Assembly: GCF_016433145.1 (NCBI RefSeq)
Contig: NC_058135.1
Coordinates: forward strand, 281,491,071 to 281,555,070
Direction of reading: 5' to 3'
DNA length: 64,000 bases
Source of the DNA: Gracilinanus agilis
Taxonomy: Eukaryota
Shown here: one piece after another, positions 38,306 to 50,890 of the stretch
Numbering within the stretch: the first letter of the stretch is position 1
How the letters are laid out: each line of letters begins with the position of its first letter
The notes under the pieces: model-generated
Seen by the model: only the letters and a program-made list of their open reading frames with translations
Databases searched by the model: none
Told to the model about the DNA's origin: nothing
Position numbers and translations under genes: made by a program

Positions 38306-39584
38306 CATTGTATATATTTCCCTTGTGATCAACTATAATTGCTATTTCATGATGTCTATTAATATCTATTACCTTAATATCATATAATATATAATCATAG
38401 AATATCTATTAATATCAAGACTTGCATTAACTAGCAAAAATGTAGGTACAATTGAGTCAGTCTCAAATTGGTGATAGATAAAATCATGGATATAGATGAA
38501 ATCATTAAGGAAGAAAAGTGAAAGGGGAAATGGTACTGGGAATAGATTTCAGCAAATCTGTTATACTTCATCCCTTTTTGAATGGTGCCCTTTCTTGTTT
38601 TTAGGGAAAAGGAAGGGATGTCAGTAAATAAAACATAAAAAGAGAGGTTAAAAAGAAACTTTGAAGAATGACTCAAGCCAGGTGAGTTATTATGGTTTTT
38701 TTGACTATGAAAATGCAAAATTAAATTAAATTATTTATTTCTCTTCTTTTTGGTATAGTATTTCTGTTCTTTGTTGTTGTTTTTGTTGTTGATGATGATT
38801 ATATAAGGACTTCAGTGCTTAATATAGTACCTGGCACATAGTAGGCAGATTAATAGTTTGATATTCGTCTTCTTTGTTCCAGTATCTCTTTTGGCTGCAT
38901 CACTCCTTGAATGAATGATATTTTTTTATCTTACTAATGATAGATATCTTATCTGGGTAAATGTGTCATGAAGGACAAACATGTGGCATGTAATAAGTTG
39001 AATATTGCCTCTCACAGTGTATAGCAGGTCTAGATTTGCCCCAAGGCCTCTAGTTTAGTACCACAATTAGTTCTGGATTACTGCACCCCAAATTTCAGGA
39101 CCCCTAAAATGAACCATGTCAGCATTATCATTTTTTTAACTTCTGCTATAGTGGATCCTTCCCTTATTGTCACTTTCTATTTGTATGCCCTATCCCCTCC
39201 TCTACACTTCCTAGATTTTGGGACCTTTGTTCTCTTAAAAGAATCTCCAACAGAGCCCTTGAATCTTGACTCACCAAATCATGGTCATTTGCCATAGCTT
39301 GAAGAGACCTACAAGAACAAGTGACTGCAGCTCAGCTTGGAAGCTGACAAGTATAGACATGTATGTGAGCATGGGCTGCTTCATCCCTCTATGGCATCAG
39401 CAAATTGCCCTTTGCCTGAGAGCTCAAGGATGGGGTGAACCAGAACATAGACAACCTATCAGAGAACCTACAGTTTATTTTCCTCTTATGACAGGCTGCC
39501 TAAGGAGAGGCAAAGTGGCCCAAGTTGGAAATGAAGAAGGTTCAGAACTTCTGTGCTGGTCATCACTGAGTCCAGGCTTATGAA

Positions 39585-40176
39585 TGTTGTTACATTGAAA
39601 GAACTCAAAACTACCAAAGTAGTTAAAATAAAGGTCTTTAATCAAAGTAGAAAGATACACCTGGGAAGCTGCACAGAACCTCAGTCCTGGGAGTTCCACT
39701 GAACTACAGAATTCATTGTACTTATATAATAAGATTTTGGAGGAGGAGGTAGGGCTTCTGCCCTGTCACTCTCTTGAGACCTGCACTAGCCTCTGTCTAA
39801 ACAGACTGGGAGAGGTCAAGATGCTATAGCCAAAGAATAGAGTATTTGGGAGTAGCCTAGATACAAAAGGAGAAACTAAGAAAACTTAAAGGGTACTTAA
39901 GACTTGGTTTTACTTGTAAATCCTATCTCCAATAATCAAGGGGTGCTTGAGGGTTCATAGTTTAGTCTGACAAGGGTCAGCATCATAGGAGCTGACAGTG
40001 GGCCCTAAGGTAGTAGGAACAGGACCCTCATACACTGATATCTTGCATTTCTCACTATTTACCACTAGTTAAACATCAACTGCCAATGATGAGACATCAA
40101 TGATAAGAATTTCCCTGGAACTAAAGAACTTGGGTGTAATATTAATACCTTAGGGAATATATGAAATGAAGGACAA
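39585..40176 (-). mobile_element. Older LTR-like element shared by both duplication copies (also ~58808-59380)
   Basis: Terminus resembles family X (aaaactaccaaagtagt...ctttaat); TSD not resolved. Confidence 0.5.
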
Positions 40177-41109
40177 CTTACTAATTTTGAAGATGCTTAG
40201 GAAAGACATCATAGCCTAAAGTTAGGGGATTTGGACACAGTAAGAGAAACTAGATTTGACTACATTCACCACTCCTACTCAGGGTGCTCAATGGGTGCTT
40301 GATGGTCTATTGCTCTTTCTGAGATGGGGTTCAGTCAGGGAGTTTCTTGAAGGAAGTTCTTGTGAGACAAGGGTAAATTTAGAGTTTTATAAAATAGGGC
40401 TATCATTTCCCCCTTCAGGTCATAGCAATTCTGCCACTGACCATAAAAATAGACAAAGAACAGTGTGCCCAAGAGAGTTTGAAGATGTGCTTCTGTTACC
40501 AACAGCAGAAGGGAGACTAGGGGCAGATACATGGACAGGTGATACAGTGAATCTAAAGTACTAGATTTGTTCTGGATTTGTGGGGACTCATGTTGAAATC
40601 AAGCCCGGGATACTTCCTGTGTGAACCTAGGCAAGTCACTTACCAACATTTATCTAGCACTAAACCTTCTTTCTCAGTATTGTTACTAGGAGAGAAGCTC
40701 AAGGTTAAAACTTAAAAATAGGGGAGAATGTGATTATTAGTAGAATTAGTGGAAATAAAAATATGAAAGGGAGAAGGAAAAATATATGATGGAGAGAGAA
40801 ACAACAAAACCATCCTGGTGGCACCTTTGTTAAATATTTTTGCTATTGTTCAGGGAATTCCATCCATTCTTTTGATGGCACTGTCAGGCAAAGAAAATGG
40901 GCTCAAGTCATAATAATTCACTGTAAATATTACCAATTGTGGGACAAGTCTCTGTCGAGTCAAAATAAATTATTGTTTCATTCATTTCCATATAACATAT
41001 GGTTTAAGGGACTATTTTCTGGAGGTGGTATTGTTTTGGTATTATTAATCATCTTTAGAGGCTAATTCCTGTATCATCTTGCCCATATAACCATCCAAAA
41101 GCATGTTCT

Positions 41110-42075
41110 TTAGCTTTTTGATGCTTTTAAAGAAGGATATTTCCTGCTTAGGGAAAAAATTTTCCTGAGCATCTTGCCCATGGCAACTATGACCTTCTTG
41201 TTCCTCAGGCTGTAGATGACAGGGTTTATCAATGGGGGCAGTATTGCATAGACCATTGCAACAAAAAGGTTTTGAATAGGTGATGTGTCTGATGTATCCC
41301 TGAGGACTGCAGTCATTACAGAAATGAGAAATAAGATGAGGATCATCAACTGAGGGGAGCAGGTTGAAATGGCCTTGTATCGACCTTCCACAGAAGGAAT
41401 CTTGAGCACGTTGGAAAAGATGCGAACATACGATGCAATTAAAACAGCAAAGCAAGATAACAAAAAACATGAACTTGCTATAATTAATACAAACTCTGTC
41501 TGATATACACTAGAGGCTGAAACTTTCAAGACATGAGGGATATCACAGAAAAATTGGTGGATCACATTGGATCCTGAGAAGGGCAGGCGAAACATATTCC
41601 CAGTGTGTACAGCAGAATAAATAAGCCCACTGAACCATGAGCCAACTGCTGCCCAAAGACAACGGGATGGCATCATGATGATGCCATAGTGTAGAGGGTG
41701 GCAAATGGCCACAAAGCGGTCATAGGACATGGCCACTAACAAAGCAAACTCCGTTGCTGAAAAGAAGAGAAAGAAGAAGACCTGAGCAGTACAGCCAAGG
41801 AGGCTGATGGTTTGACTGCCAATCAAAGAATTTATGATGAATTTAGGAAGTGTGACTGAGATGTTGCAGATATCCAACAAGGATAAGTTGCTCAGAAAAA
41901 AGTACATAGGAGAGTGAAGGTGTGGGTCAGTAAGAATTGCAGCAATGGTGAGAAGATTCCCCATCAGGGTAGCCAGGTATATCAGCAGGAACAACACAGC
42001 ATGTAAGACCTGTAGCTCCCATATTCTGGAAAACTCCATGAGGAGGAATTCAGTGATGACTGAGAAGTTGCCCAT
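41110..42075 (-). CDS. Olfactory receptor, family-14-like (OR-B), intact, 321 aa
   Basis: Full 7TM ORF with LHSPMYFFL, MSYDRFVAICHPLHY, KAISTC, PLINPVIYSLRN. Splice acceptor ttgcag 13 nt upstream of the ATG. Confidence 0.95.
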   Translation of the reverse strand: MGNFSVITEFLLMEFSRIWELQVLHAVLFLLIYLATLMGNLLTIAAILTDPHLHSPMYFFLSNLSLLDICNISVTLPKFIINSLIGSQTISLLGCTAQVFFFLFFSATEFALLVAMSYDRFVAICHPLHYGIIMMPSRCLWAAVGSWFSGLIYSAVHTGNMFRLPFSGSNVIHQFFCDIPHVLKVSASSVYQTEFVLIIASSCFLLSCFAVLIASYVRIFSNVLKIPSVEGRYKAISTCSPQLMILILFLISVMTAVLRDTSDTSPIQNLFVAMVYAILPPLINPVIYSLRNKKVIVAMGKMLRKIFSLSRKYPSLKASKS

Positions 42076-43869
42076 GCTTGATTGTGTGCTGCAATTTAAC
42101 TAGAATCAAATATCACTATGAATAACAGAAATGCAATGTTGAAATAGAAGAGAGAATAAAAATAGTTATTCAAAAGAACATCCATCCAAAAAAACCCATC
42201 CCATTAAACCTGAACAGAAGAAAAGTCAGACATATTAAAATAAGCAGAGGTTAGAGGAGGAATAATGAAGTTTAGATGCATTTAATAGTTCTGGTACACA
42301 GTTTTCAATCTTTAGCTTTACAGAATGATCCTAGTTTTCATAGTGTACAAAGCTACAAACAGTGGCAAAGATTATTCTTGGTGAACTTTAGGAAGGTGAA
42401 TAATGCCACTACGAAGATGATAAAAAGAAGGACTTATATCACCACAATGGAAAGCAGGAATTTTGTGAGTGTGTATATATATTTTTGTGTGTAAATACCC
42501 AGATCTATGTATATTTGTGTTGGGGAGGGAGGGCGGGATAAAGGGAAGAAAGGAGGGACAGACAGAGAGACAGAGAGGAAGACACAGAGAGACATAAAGA
42601 CATAGAGAGACAGAGACAGAGAAAGAGAGAAACAGAGACAGAAACTGAAAGACAGAGGAAAATGATGCTCATTATGAAAAATTTATAGGGCTTAAGGAAG
42701 AAAATTATTAAAAGATGATTAAGTATTGTATAAAATTCAGCAATTTTATTGTTAATATTTTTCAAACAGTTGTGTAAGTTCCAAACTAGTTTGGTGCTTT
42801 GTACAAAGTATTAAAACTCATTCATAATAAAATTGGAACTTGAAACCAAATCTCTTTATTGGAAATCCACAACTTCTCTGTTACAGGAAAAAAAAATGAG
42901 AACTGTACATGTCTATTGCCTGGAGCCACTTGGAGAAACAGGGTTGATTAACAGGGTTCCATCAAAATCAACACAGTTTTGGTAAAGCCCTGTGCTGATT
43001 CTTATGACATGAAAATTGGTCCATAGGATGGATGGCTTATCCAAAATATCTGACTCCTCTCCATGATTCTCATTTGATCAACACTTTTTTATTATTAAAA
43101 GCATTATAATCTAGTTTTTTAGGATAACTTCAAGTCCTATAGAAAAACTTTAAGAACCCTATAGTATACCAGCATTTGGTGAGTTAACAGCCCTTTCTCT
43201 CAGCTGAGAATAGCAGAAAATATTAGAAATTAGCAGAAGCTACTTTTATCTTTTCTCTCTGCTCCAGATGTCCCAAGGACACTGCATGGCAGCTCCAAGC
43301 AAATTCCATTCTCACTTTAGTACCTTCCCACATTGAGCTGTACCCCACAATCTTAAAGGCTCATTCTTTAACCTATCTTTTGAAGGATGGAAGCTTTAAT
43401 AAAATAAAACTTATATAAAGTAAGATTCATTCTTTAACCTTGAGCATGGTTTCATCTGGGCATAATCTACATGAAAAAAATTGTATGTTATGTAATTCAT
43501 ATAACCTTGGATGTTTCTATACAGCTTTTGAATTCTAATGTACTTTGTAAAAAAAACTGTTCTTGGAAATATGTATGAAATAAATTACAAGCTAAAGGTC
43601 CATTGGAGCAGTCATGAGCTAATGTGTTAGGTTGGTAGTTCTCAATTTCCATTTCATTCTTATCACCCAACACCATTAGAGCCATTCAAATCCCTATTAA
43701 TATAGAGATGGTTCTCTATAATCTATGAAATGAATTAATCAATTTTCTGTCATCTATGCAAATGATCAGTATAGACAATGTATATATTTGGTTAAAGTTA
43801 AAAGAACTAAAAAGTGGTTAAAATAATCTCTGACAAGATATGACTTAAACATTTGTTTGTTTCCATTGC

Positions 43870-44330
43870 TAACCTCTTCTCTGCAGTCCAACAGCTTTGT
43901 ACTGAACAGGCATTTTAAGAGCTCTGATTCTGAGTTAATGAGTCAGCAATAGATCAACATTTCACTGCTAAGATGTGATGCATCATTTTTGCTAATGCTG
44001 CCCATATTGGAGATTTTGTTTAATATAAAGGGAAGAGATTTCCAATTTGTTCCGCAAAATTTGAATGGCTAGCAGCAGCTTTTTAAACCTTCAGTCTAAG
44101 GATATCATGCAAGAATAAGAAATTTCATTTTTGTCCTCCCTCAGTGAAAATTTACTCTTTACATAAGGTGAATAAGGTTTCTCCCTTTTTCTTAGGAGAG
44201 AATTTTCCCTTCCTTAGTCAACATCTAACTTGAGGCTTATCTCTGACTTCCATCTCAGATAATAATCAAATGACAGAACTAAGATTTATCAGGATATTAA
44301 TTTAATAGTTAATTATATCCCTCCATAATT
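43870..44330 (-). promoter_or_regulatory. Candidate OR-B promoter or upstream exon, conserved with the OR-C flank at ~63580-64000
   Basis: GT donor-like site g|gttagc at 43873 in both copies; O/E-like TCCCTCAG(T/G)GA; several TAAT cores. Confidence 0.3.
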
Positions 44331-47111
44331 ATTTAACCCTTAGTTTCACCTCTTTATCCCTAATACTTGGACATTGGAGGTAGTATCAATTAAATTACGG
44401 TTTTAATGGATATTATCTGGACTTCCCCTACCAGAGCCAGCACTTACAATTCCAATAATCTCTGCACATTATTTCTTACTGTGTGAAAGGAGTCCATTTC
44501 TCCAGATCATCCACTATTTATATGAACTACTAGAAATCTATTTAAAATGGAAAAGGAAGAAGGACTCCTGCTGTAACTTTACGTTTACAGGGAGCTTTAT
44601 GGAAAAGCAAACTATGTCTTCCAATACTGATGGACATCTTCTCTAGAGCTAATGACCTAAGTTTTTTCCACAGCATTGAGTGTTTAAGTGAATCATCCTG
44701 ACATATAGTTTGATTCAGAGGAAGGATTTGGACTTAGTTTTCCATTATCAAGGGTAAGACTTTTATCCACTATATTGGCTATTTCCTTTAATATAATGTG
44801 TTTTATATATTGTATATAATATAATATGATTAATATAATAATCCTTTAAATCAATTTCCCCCTGCAATCTGTTGATAGTGTTGTGAAGAAAGACCCCTGA
44901 CCCCTTATGCTTGATTGGATTTTAGTTATAGTGATAGGTTTAAGATAATCAGTGTTGTGATTCTAAAATGATTAGAATAATTCTATTATAATCTTAATTA
45001 CAATTAGTAGAATTTGTGGTTTTTAAAAGGTCTTTAACTAAAGCATAAAACTGCTTCTAAGTGGATTTCCAACCCCTCCCTAAGTCATATTTCCCTTCTA
45101 TCATGAGATGCTGATCATATGAGTTTCAGGTCCCAAAATGCTGCATCATGTCTTGATACAGTACAATTATGCACACCCTTTCCTAGTTGGAAATAATCAT
45201 CTTTCCCAACTCAATCAGATGAACCTTGAGATAATGGTCAACAGTATTTCTTAATAAAGGTATTGTCTTGTGGTTTTCTTAAATGAATTAACCAATCAGC
45301 TGTGTACTTCCATAACAGTTTCTAAAAATATCTATAGGATGCTGTGTCTTATGATATAAGTCATCAACGTTGTTTGGAAATATTCACTCTGTAAATAAAC
45401 AAGGTCTCTCCTGCTGGGCATTTCTCCCTGGGGTCAATTATGTAACATTTGCAAAATTCTGGTTTTATCTGGAAGACTTGGCCCACTTCCAATAAACTTT
45501 AAATTCTACCTTGGCTTGAAGAAATTTGGCTTTTTGACTTTGTTTACCTAGATTGTCTAAATCAGAGCAGTGGGATAAAAATTTCCACCACAATAGAATT
45601 TTCTTTGGTTAGAAGGCCAAATAAAAAGCAGTACAAAAGAAATAGAGATGGAGATGGAGAGAGAAATATAGTTGTATAGCTAGATTTAAAAACAGAGATA
45701 TAGAAAAAGATAGAAATAGAAGTAGAGGCAGAGACAGATAAATATATTGATAGACACTTATAAAAAGATACCTAATACATGATAGATACTTCAGATAGGA
45801 ATATGGATTTATTAATATAAGTATATATGTGTATATGTTTGTCTATAATATAGTGAGCATATATTTACATGTAGTATAAAAATAGTGTTTATAAATATAT
45901 CTGTGTGTATATGCATATGCATACATACACATAGAGAGAGATAATAGAAAGTTGGTAAGCCAATATCATCCATCCCCTTAACCATGACTATTCTTCTAGA
46001 CCTCAGCCTCTTTCCAAATTTTCCTCTTGTCCTTGAATTTCCAAATCTACCTGAGAACTCATTCCTCCACCATCCCAAAACTACAACATTCAGACTTACA
46101 AATCCATCATTTTAACATGAGTGGCAAAATTCAATGTCCCCAAATTCACTGATCTAATATAATCACACCTCCTTCCCTATACATGGATCTGCATATATTC
46201 ATCATGAACAGACATGCAAATACACACATGTAAATACTCACACATATACTTATGACATAGTTTTCATTGTTTTCCAGAATTCTTCCCCCTCCACCTTTAG
46301 CCAAAAGTCAGTAAGAAGCCACAGACTTAGGATTCTCAGAGGAGAAAGTGTTATACATTTAGAGGGCTTCAAGTCATACAAGCAAAGCCTCTTAATTTAA
46401 ATTTTCACTGAGAAAAGAGTAACATTTGCTTTAAATATTTCTGGCATATATAAACACCCTTTTTATACTCTAAAGAATCTAGCAACTATAGAGCATTTAC
46501 TTCAGACAACTCATTAGTGGCTTCCACCTAACAGATTTGGTGAAGGTCACATATTTCTTCATAAGTAACTGAGGGATTTCTGAGACCTTGGATGAAGACA
46601 GTTCTCCTTGTCCGAATATCCCTTTCAAATATGATCAGGAGAATAGAAGCTCAAAATTGGGAAGGAACCTTATAGATCGTTTGACCAAGCCCCTTATTTA
46701 CAGAGGAACAGAGACAAGAAACTCTTAGTTTGTTAGGGAATTATAAAACCTAGGATGAAATTCTTGTGTTTTGATACCAAAGTCTGCTGAATTTGACCAA
46801 ATAAATTGAGCCAAATTGAAGTCAAATTGCACTCAATTAGCTTATAATCACAACTGTTCTTGGTTGCAACAAAATTAAATAAAAGATGAAAGAATGAAAA
46901 GCACAGTGAGATGAAATTAGAACTAAAACAGAGCTCTCTCCTCCAGTAATCTTTGTGGTACTCCATCCCAAAAAATTATGCTGGATACATTCAAGATGCA
47001 TTGAAAATGTATAGTTTTTTCCAATTCTTGTCATGATCAATGACATTAATTTGGAGGTAAATGAAGGTAAAATTGAGGTCTAGCATCATTGATCAGAGCA
47101 ATAACTATGAC

Positions 47112-47142
<31 letters not shown>

Positions 47143-47633
47143 TGGCACTTGAGAATTACAAGATACTTTTATGTATTATCTTAGAGGAGCCTCAAAGCTG
47201 CTAATGTGTGGGATAAAGATATTACTCTCCCCATGTTACATGCATGTTAAAGGAGGATGAAAGAAGAAAAGAAGCTTACATTTAGTCAAGTCACAACAAG
47301 TCAACAAACATTTATTAAGTGTCAATTATACTCCAGACACTATTATGAACAATGGGCTTACAAAGAAAGTCAAAAGATAGTCCCTAACTTCAAGGATCTT
47401 ATTCTATAATGGGGAAAAATATGCAAATAACTATTTACAAATGCTAGATACAAGAAAATTTGGAGATCATCTCAGAGAGAAGAAACAAACATTACCCAGC
47501 TAATAAAAGTTGGAAGGAAAATTTGGGCTCTTGTCATCCCTAATTTAAATTCACTGTGATGCCAAACTGCATCTGTAGAAAAAGAATGACTGTAAAAGAC
47601 ATCATCACCATGACTTTGAACTCATGCATTAAG

Positions 47634-48108
47634 CAACTGAGTAAACTGATTAGTCACAAATGAAAATAATAATAATAATAATAATAATAATACCTGAGTT
47701 ATTTGTTCTGATATTTATACTTTCCAGTGTTTGTTGTTATTGTGTTTTCTTCTTCAATACAATTCTATATATATAAGCCTAAGATTATCCTTTTCTTCAC
47801 TAAATTCAATTTTCACTTGAATCTCAAAGATAGGATAAGTCTAAACTTCTAATCCTACTGGCATTACAGAGATATTTGATGATTCTTATGTGCTATCACC
47901 ATTTAAAATACATTGCCCAGTGTATTTTGTAGAAGGTTCTGTGAAATCACCAGAGTATCCAAAGTAAACATCATCATGACTTTGGTTTCTATGGATTATC
48001 TGGCCCTTCCCTTGAGAATAATTAAATAGAATATACTTTCTTTTATGAATAACATGGGGGAAATTTTCCCTTTTGTNCAACTGAGTAAACTGATTAGTCA
48101 CAAATGAA

Positions 48109-48158
<50 letters not shown>

Positions 48159-48541
48159 CTGAGTTATTTGTTCTGATATTTATACTTTCCAGTGTTTGTT
48201 GTTATTGTGTTTTCTTCTTCAATACAATTCTATATATATAAGCCTAAGATTATCCTTTTCTTCACTAAATTCAATTTTCACTTGAATCTCAAAGATAGGA
48301 TAAGTCTAAACTTCTAATCCTACTGGCATTACAGAGATATTTGATGATTCTTATGTGCTATCACCATTTAAAATACATTGCCCAGTGTATTTTGTAGAAG
48401 GTTCTGTGAAATCACCAGAGTATCCAAAGTAAACATCATCATGACTTTGGTTTCTATGGATTATCTGGCCCTTCCCTTGAGAATAATTAAATAGAATATA
48501 CTTTCTTTTATGAATAACATGGGGGAAATTTTCCCTTTTGT
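47634..48541 (+). repeat. Near-exact tandem duplication (443 bp and 464 bp) joined by a single N
   Basis: 47634-48076 and 48078-48541 appear identical except (AAT)9 versus (AAT)16. Confidence 0.95.
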
Positions 48542-49726
48542 CTCATTAAAATATCATCCACCATAGCATAGGTATTAGGAGTCTCTCAGTCCAGGAGAGT
48601 CTTAGACAATAGTTAAACATTTATTAAAAACCAATATGAGCCAGGCATTGTGATAAACTTGTTGGATTGAAATACAAAGATAATTCTTGCTTACAAGAAT
48701 TGGAGCTTACAATCCAATGGAGTAAAACAGACAAAAACAGGCTAAAAGCATAGGGCAATAGGGAAAGGAAAGTGGAGAAGAGAAGGTGCTTGGCATAAAA
48801 GACATGAAGGAGAAGTCAAAAAGCTGTTCAGCTAGGATGGAATAAAGAGAAGAATGAGTTGGACTCCCTCCTTAAATAGAGTTTTGAGGACTCCTTGCTC
48901 TGTCCTGCATTTGGAGGGTTCATTTGGATAAGTATAGAATGCTTAGGGGATATGGGTTACCAGAATGATTTGATTTGGAAGCATAATGGACTACCTCAGT
49001 AATGAATTTCCTGAGCAGAAAGTCATGATAGAGAAGTCCAAAGAAGTAGAAAAGTAGTATGGTTGAAATGAAATAGGTCTTCCAACTGATACTCAGAATT
49101 ATTAAAAATTCAAGTCCAATAGTTGATGTGAACAATTCTTTTCATTCAGGATTTATATCTACATGAGTTAATATTTTCTAATGTAAATAAAAACATCCAC
49201 CTTTATGGGTATAGCAAAAAGAAGTTTTAGTAGTAGATCCACTAACCTATCTTCCCTTTCAGCATTAGAGAATGAGCTAAAAACTTTGTCAATTTTTACA
49301 TTAATTTGCATGAAGTAGAAATTAATTTTTACTTTCTAGAAAGTGAAATATGAAAAAACATATATTCTAGATAACTTTAACCATCTACTTAACTTTAGCC
49401 ACGTTCTCATGTAGAAAGCTGTCTTTTGAATATTCAAGAGTGAGTGTTTCATATGAATCTAATATTTCTTTATTCCCAAAATGAAATAATAGTTCTCATC
49501 CAAAACTTTCCCACTTGGGAATTTCTCTTTTATTTTCAACTCTAACCACATCTTCCCTGTCATCTACTCCCACAATTTTGGTAACATCTTTGACTCCTCA
49601 ATCTTATTCACACTTCTAGTACAAGCCACTGCCCAATTTCATTCTTTCTTTATTTCTATAACTGTTTCATGTATATTCTTCACCCCCCAAACAGAAAATT
49701 ATAATTCAGGTTCTCATCTGCTCTGT

Positions 49727-50890
49727 CCCAATCAAAAAATGGTCTAGGGCAGTGATGGGCAAACTTTTTAAAAAGGGGGCCAAAGGAAAGGAAATGCTCA
49801 TCTGTCAGTCTGTTTCTAAAGCAACTCTTTTGAAGTTTCATTGTATTGTATCCTACCAATTGTATTAATCAGATTAGGAATAATGTAATGTCAGGGGCTG
49901 GATAGAACATTTTAGTGGGGCACATCTGGCCTGAGGGCTGTAGTTGACCCATCACTGGTCTAGGGACATGAATAGGCAGTTTTCACATTATAAAATCAAA
50001 GCTATCAGTAAGCACATGAAAAAGTGTTCTAAATCCCTCTTTATTAGAATAATGCAAATAAAAACAACTCTGAGGTATCACTTCACACCTATCAGACTAG
50101 CCAATATGGAAGCAATTGAAATTAATAACTGTTGCAGGGCATGTGACAAAATTGGGACACTAATACACTGCTGGTGGAATTGTAAATTAATCCAACCATT
50201 CTGGAAAGCAATTCGGAATTATACACAAAGGACTTGAAAGAATGCCTACACTTTGACTCAGGCATACCACTACTGGGTTTGTACTCCAAAGAGATAGTAA
50301 AGAAAACTACTTGTACAAAAATATTTATAGCTGTGCTCTTTGTGGTGGCAAAAAATTGGAAAATGAGAGAGTGCAATGGGGAATGACTGAACAAATTGTG
50401 GGGAATCACTGAACAAAATACCTGGTAGTGATGAAAAACTATTGTACCCAAAGGAATAATGAACTGGAGAATTTCTATGTGAACTGGAAAGACTTCCATG
50501 AACTGATGCAGAGCAAAAGGAGTAGAACCAGGAAAAAATTGTACACAGAGACTGATACATTGTAGCACAATCAGATGTAATAGACCTTTCTACTAGCAGC
50601 AATTCAATGACTCAGGAAAATCAAGAAGAACCTATAAGAAAGAATACTATGCACATCCAGAGAAAGAACTGTGGGAGTAGAAACACAAAAGAAAATATAT
50701 GATAGATCTCATGGTAGAATGCACATATGATTAGGGTTTTGGTATTAAAATATCACTCTACTACAAATATGAATAACATGGAAATAGGTTTTGAACAATG
50801 ATACAAATATAACCAAATGGGATTGCTTGTCATCCTTGAGATGTGGGTGAGAAGAAAGATGAGAAAAATGAATCATTTAAGCATGGAAAA
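49727..50890 (+). mobile_element. L1 3' fragment interrupted by a hAT MITE
   Basis: aaatggtctaggg[MITE]gtctagggacatgaataggcag...; extra 3' end at ~51050-51230. Confidence 0.82.
49750..49957 (-). mobile_element. hAT MITE, same family as 21107-21309, nested in an L1
   Basis: Reverse-oriented copy; perfect TSD gtctaggg. Confidence 0.93.

Larger units (their letters stand above)
38730..44290. repeat. Segmental duplication, copy B (contains OR-B)
   Basis: Colinear direct similarity to ~57185-64000 through unique non-coding sequence and the OR CDS. Confidence 0.93.

Noticed and set aside
41045-41470. Alternative-frame ORF overlapping OR-B, with a counterpart at 61563-61940
   Set aside because: Its persistence is explained by the near-identity of the OR CDSs; the start relies on a non-ATG codon and there is no recognisable domain.
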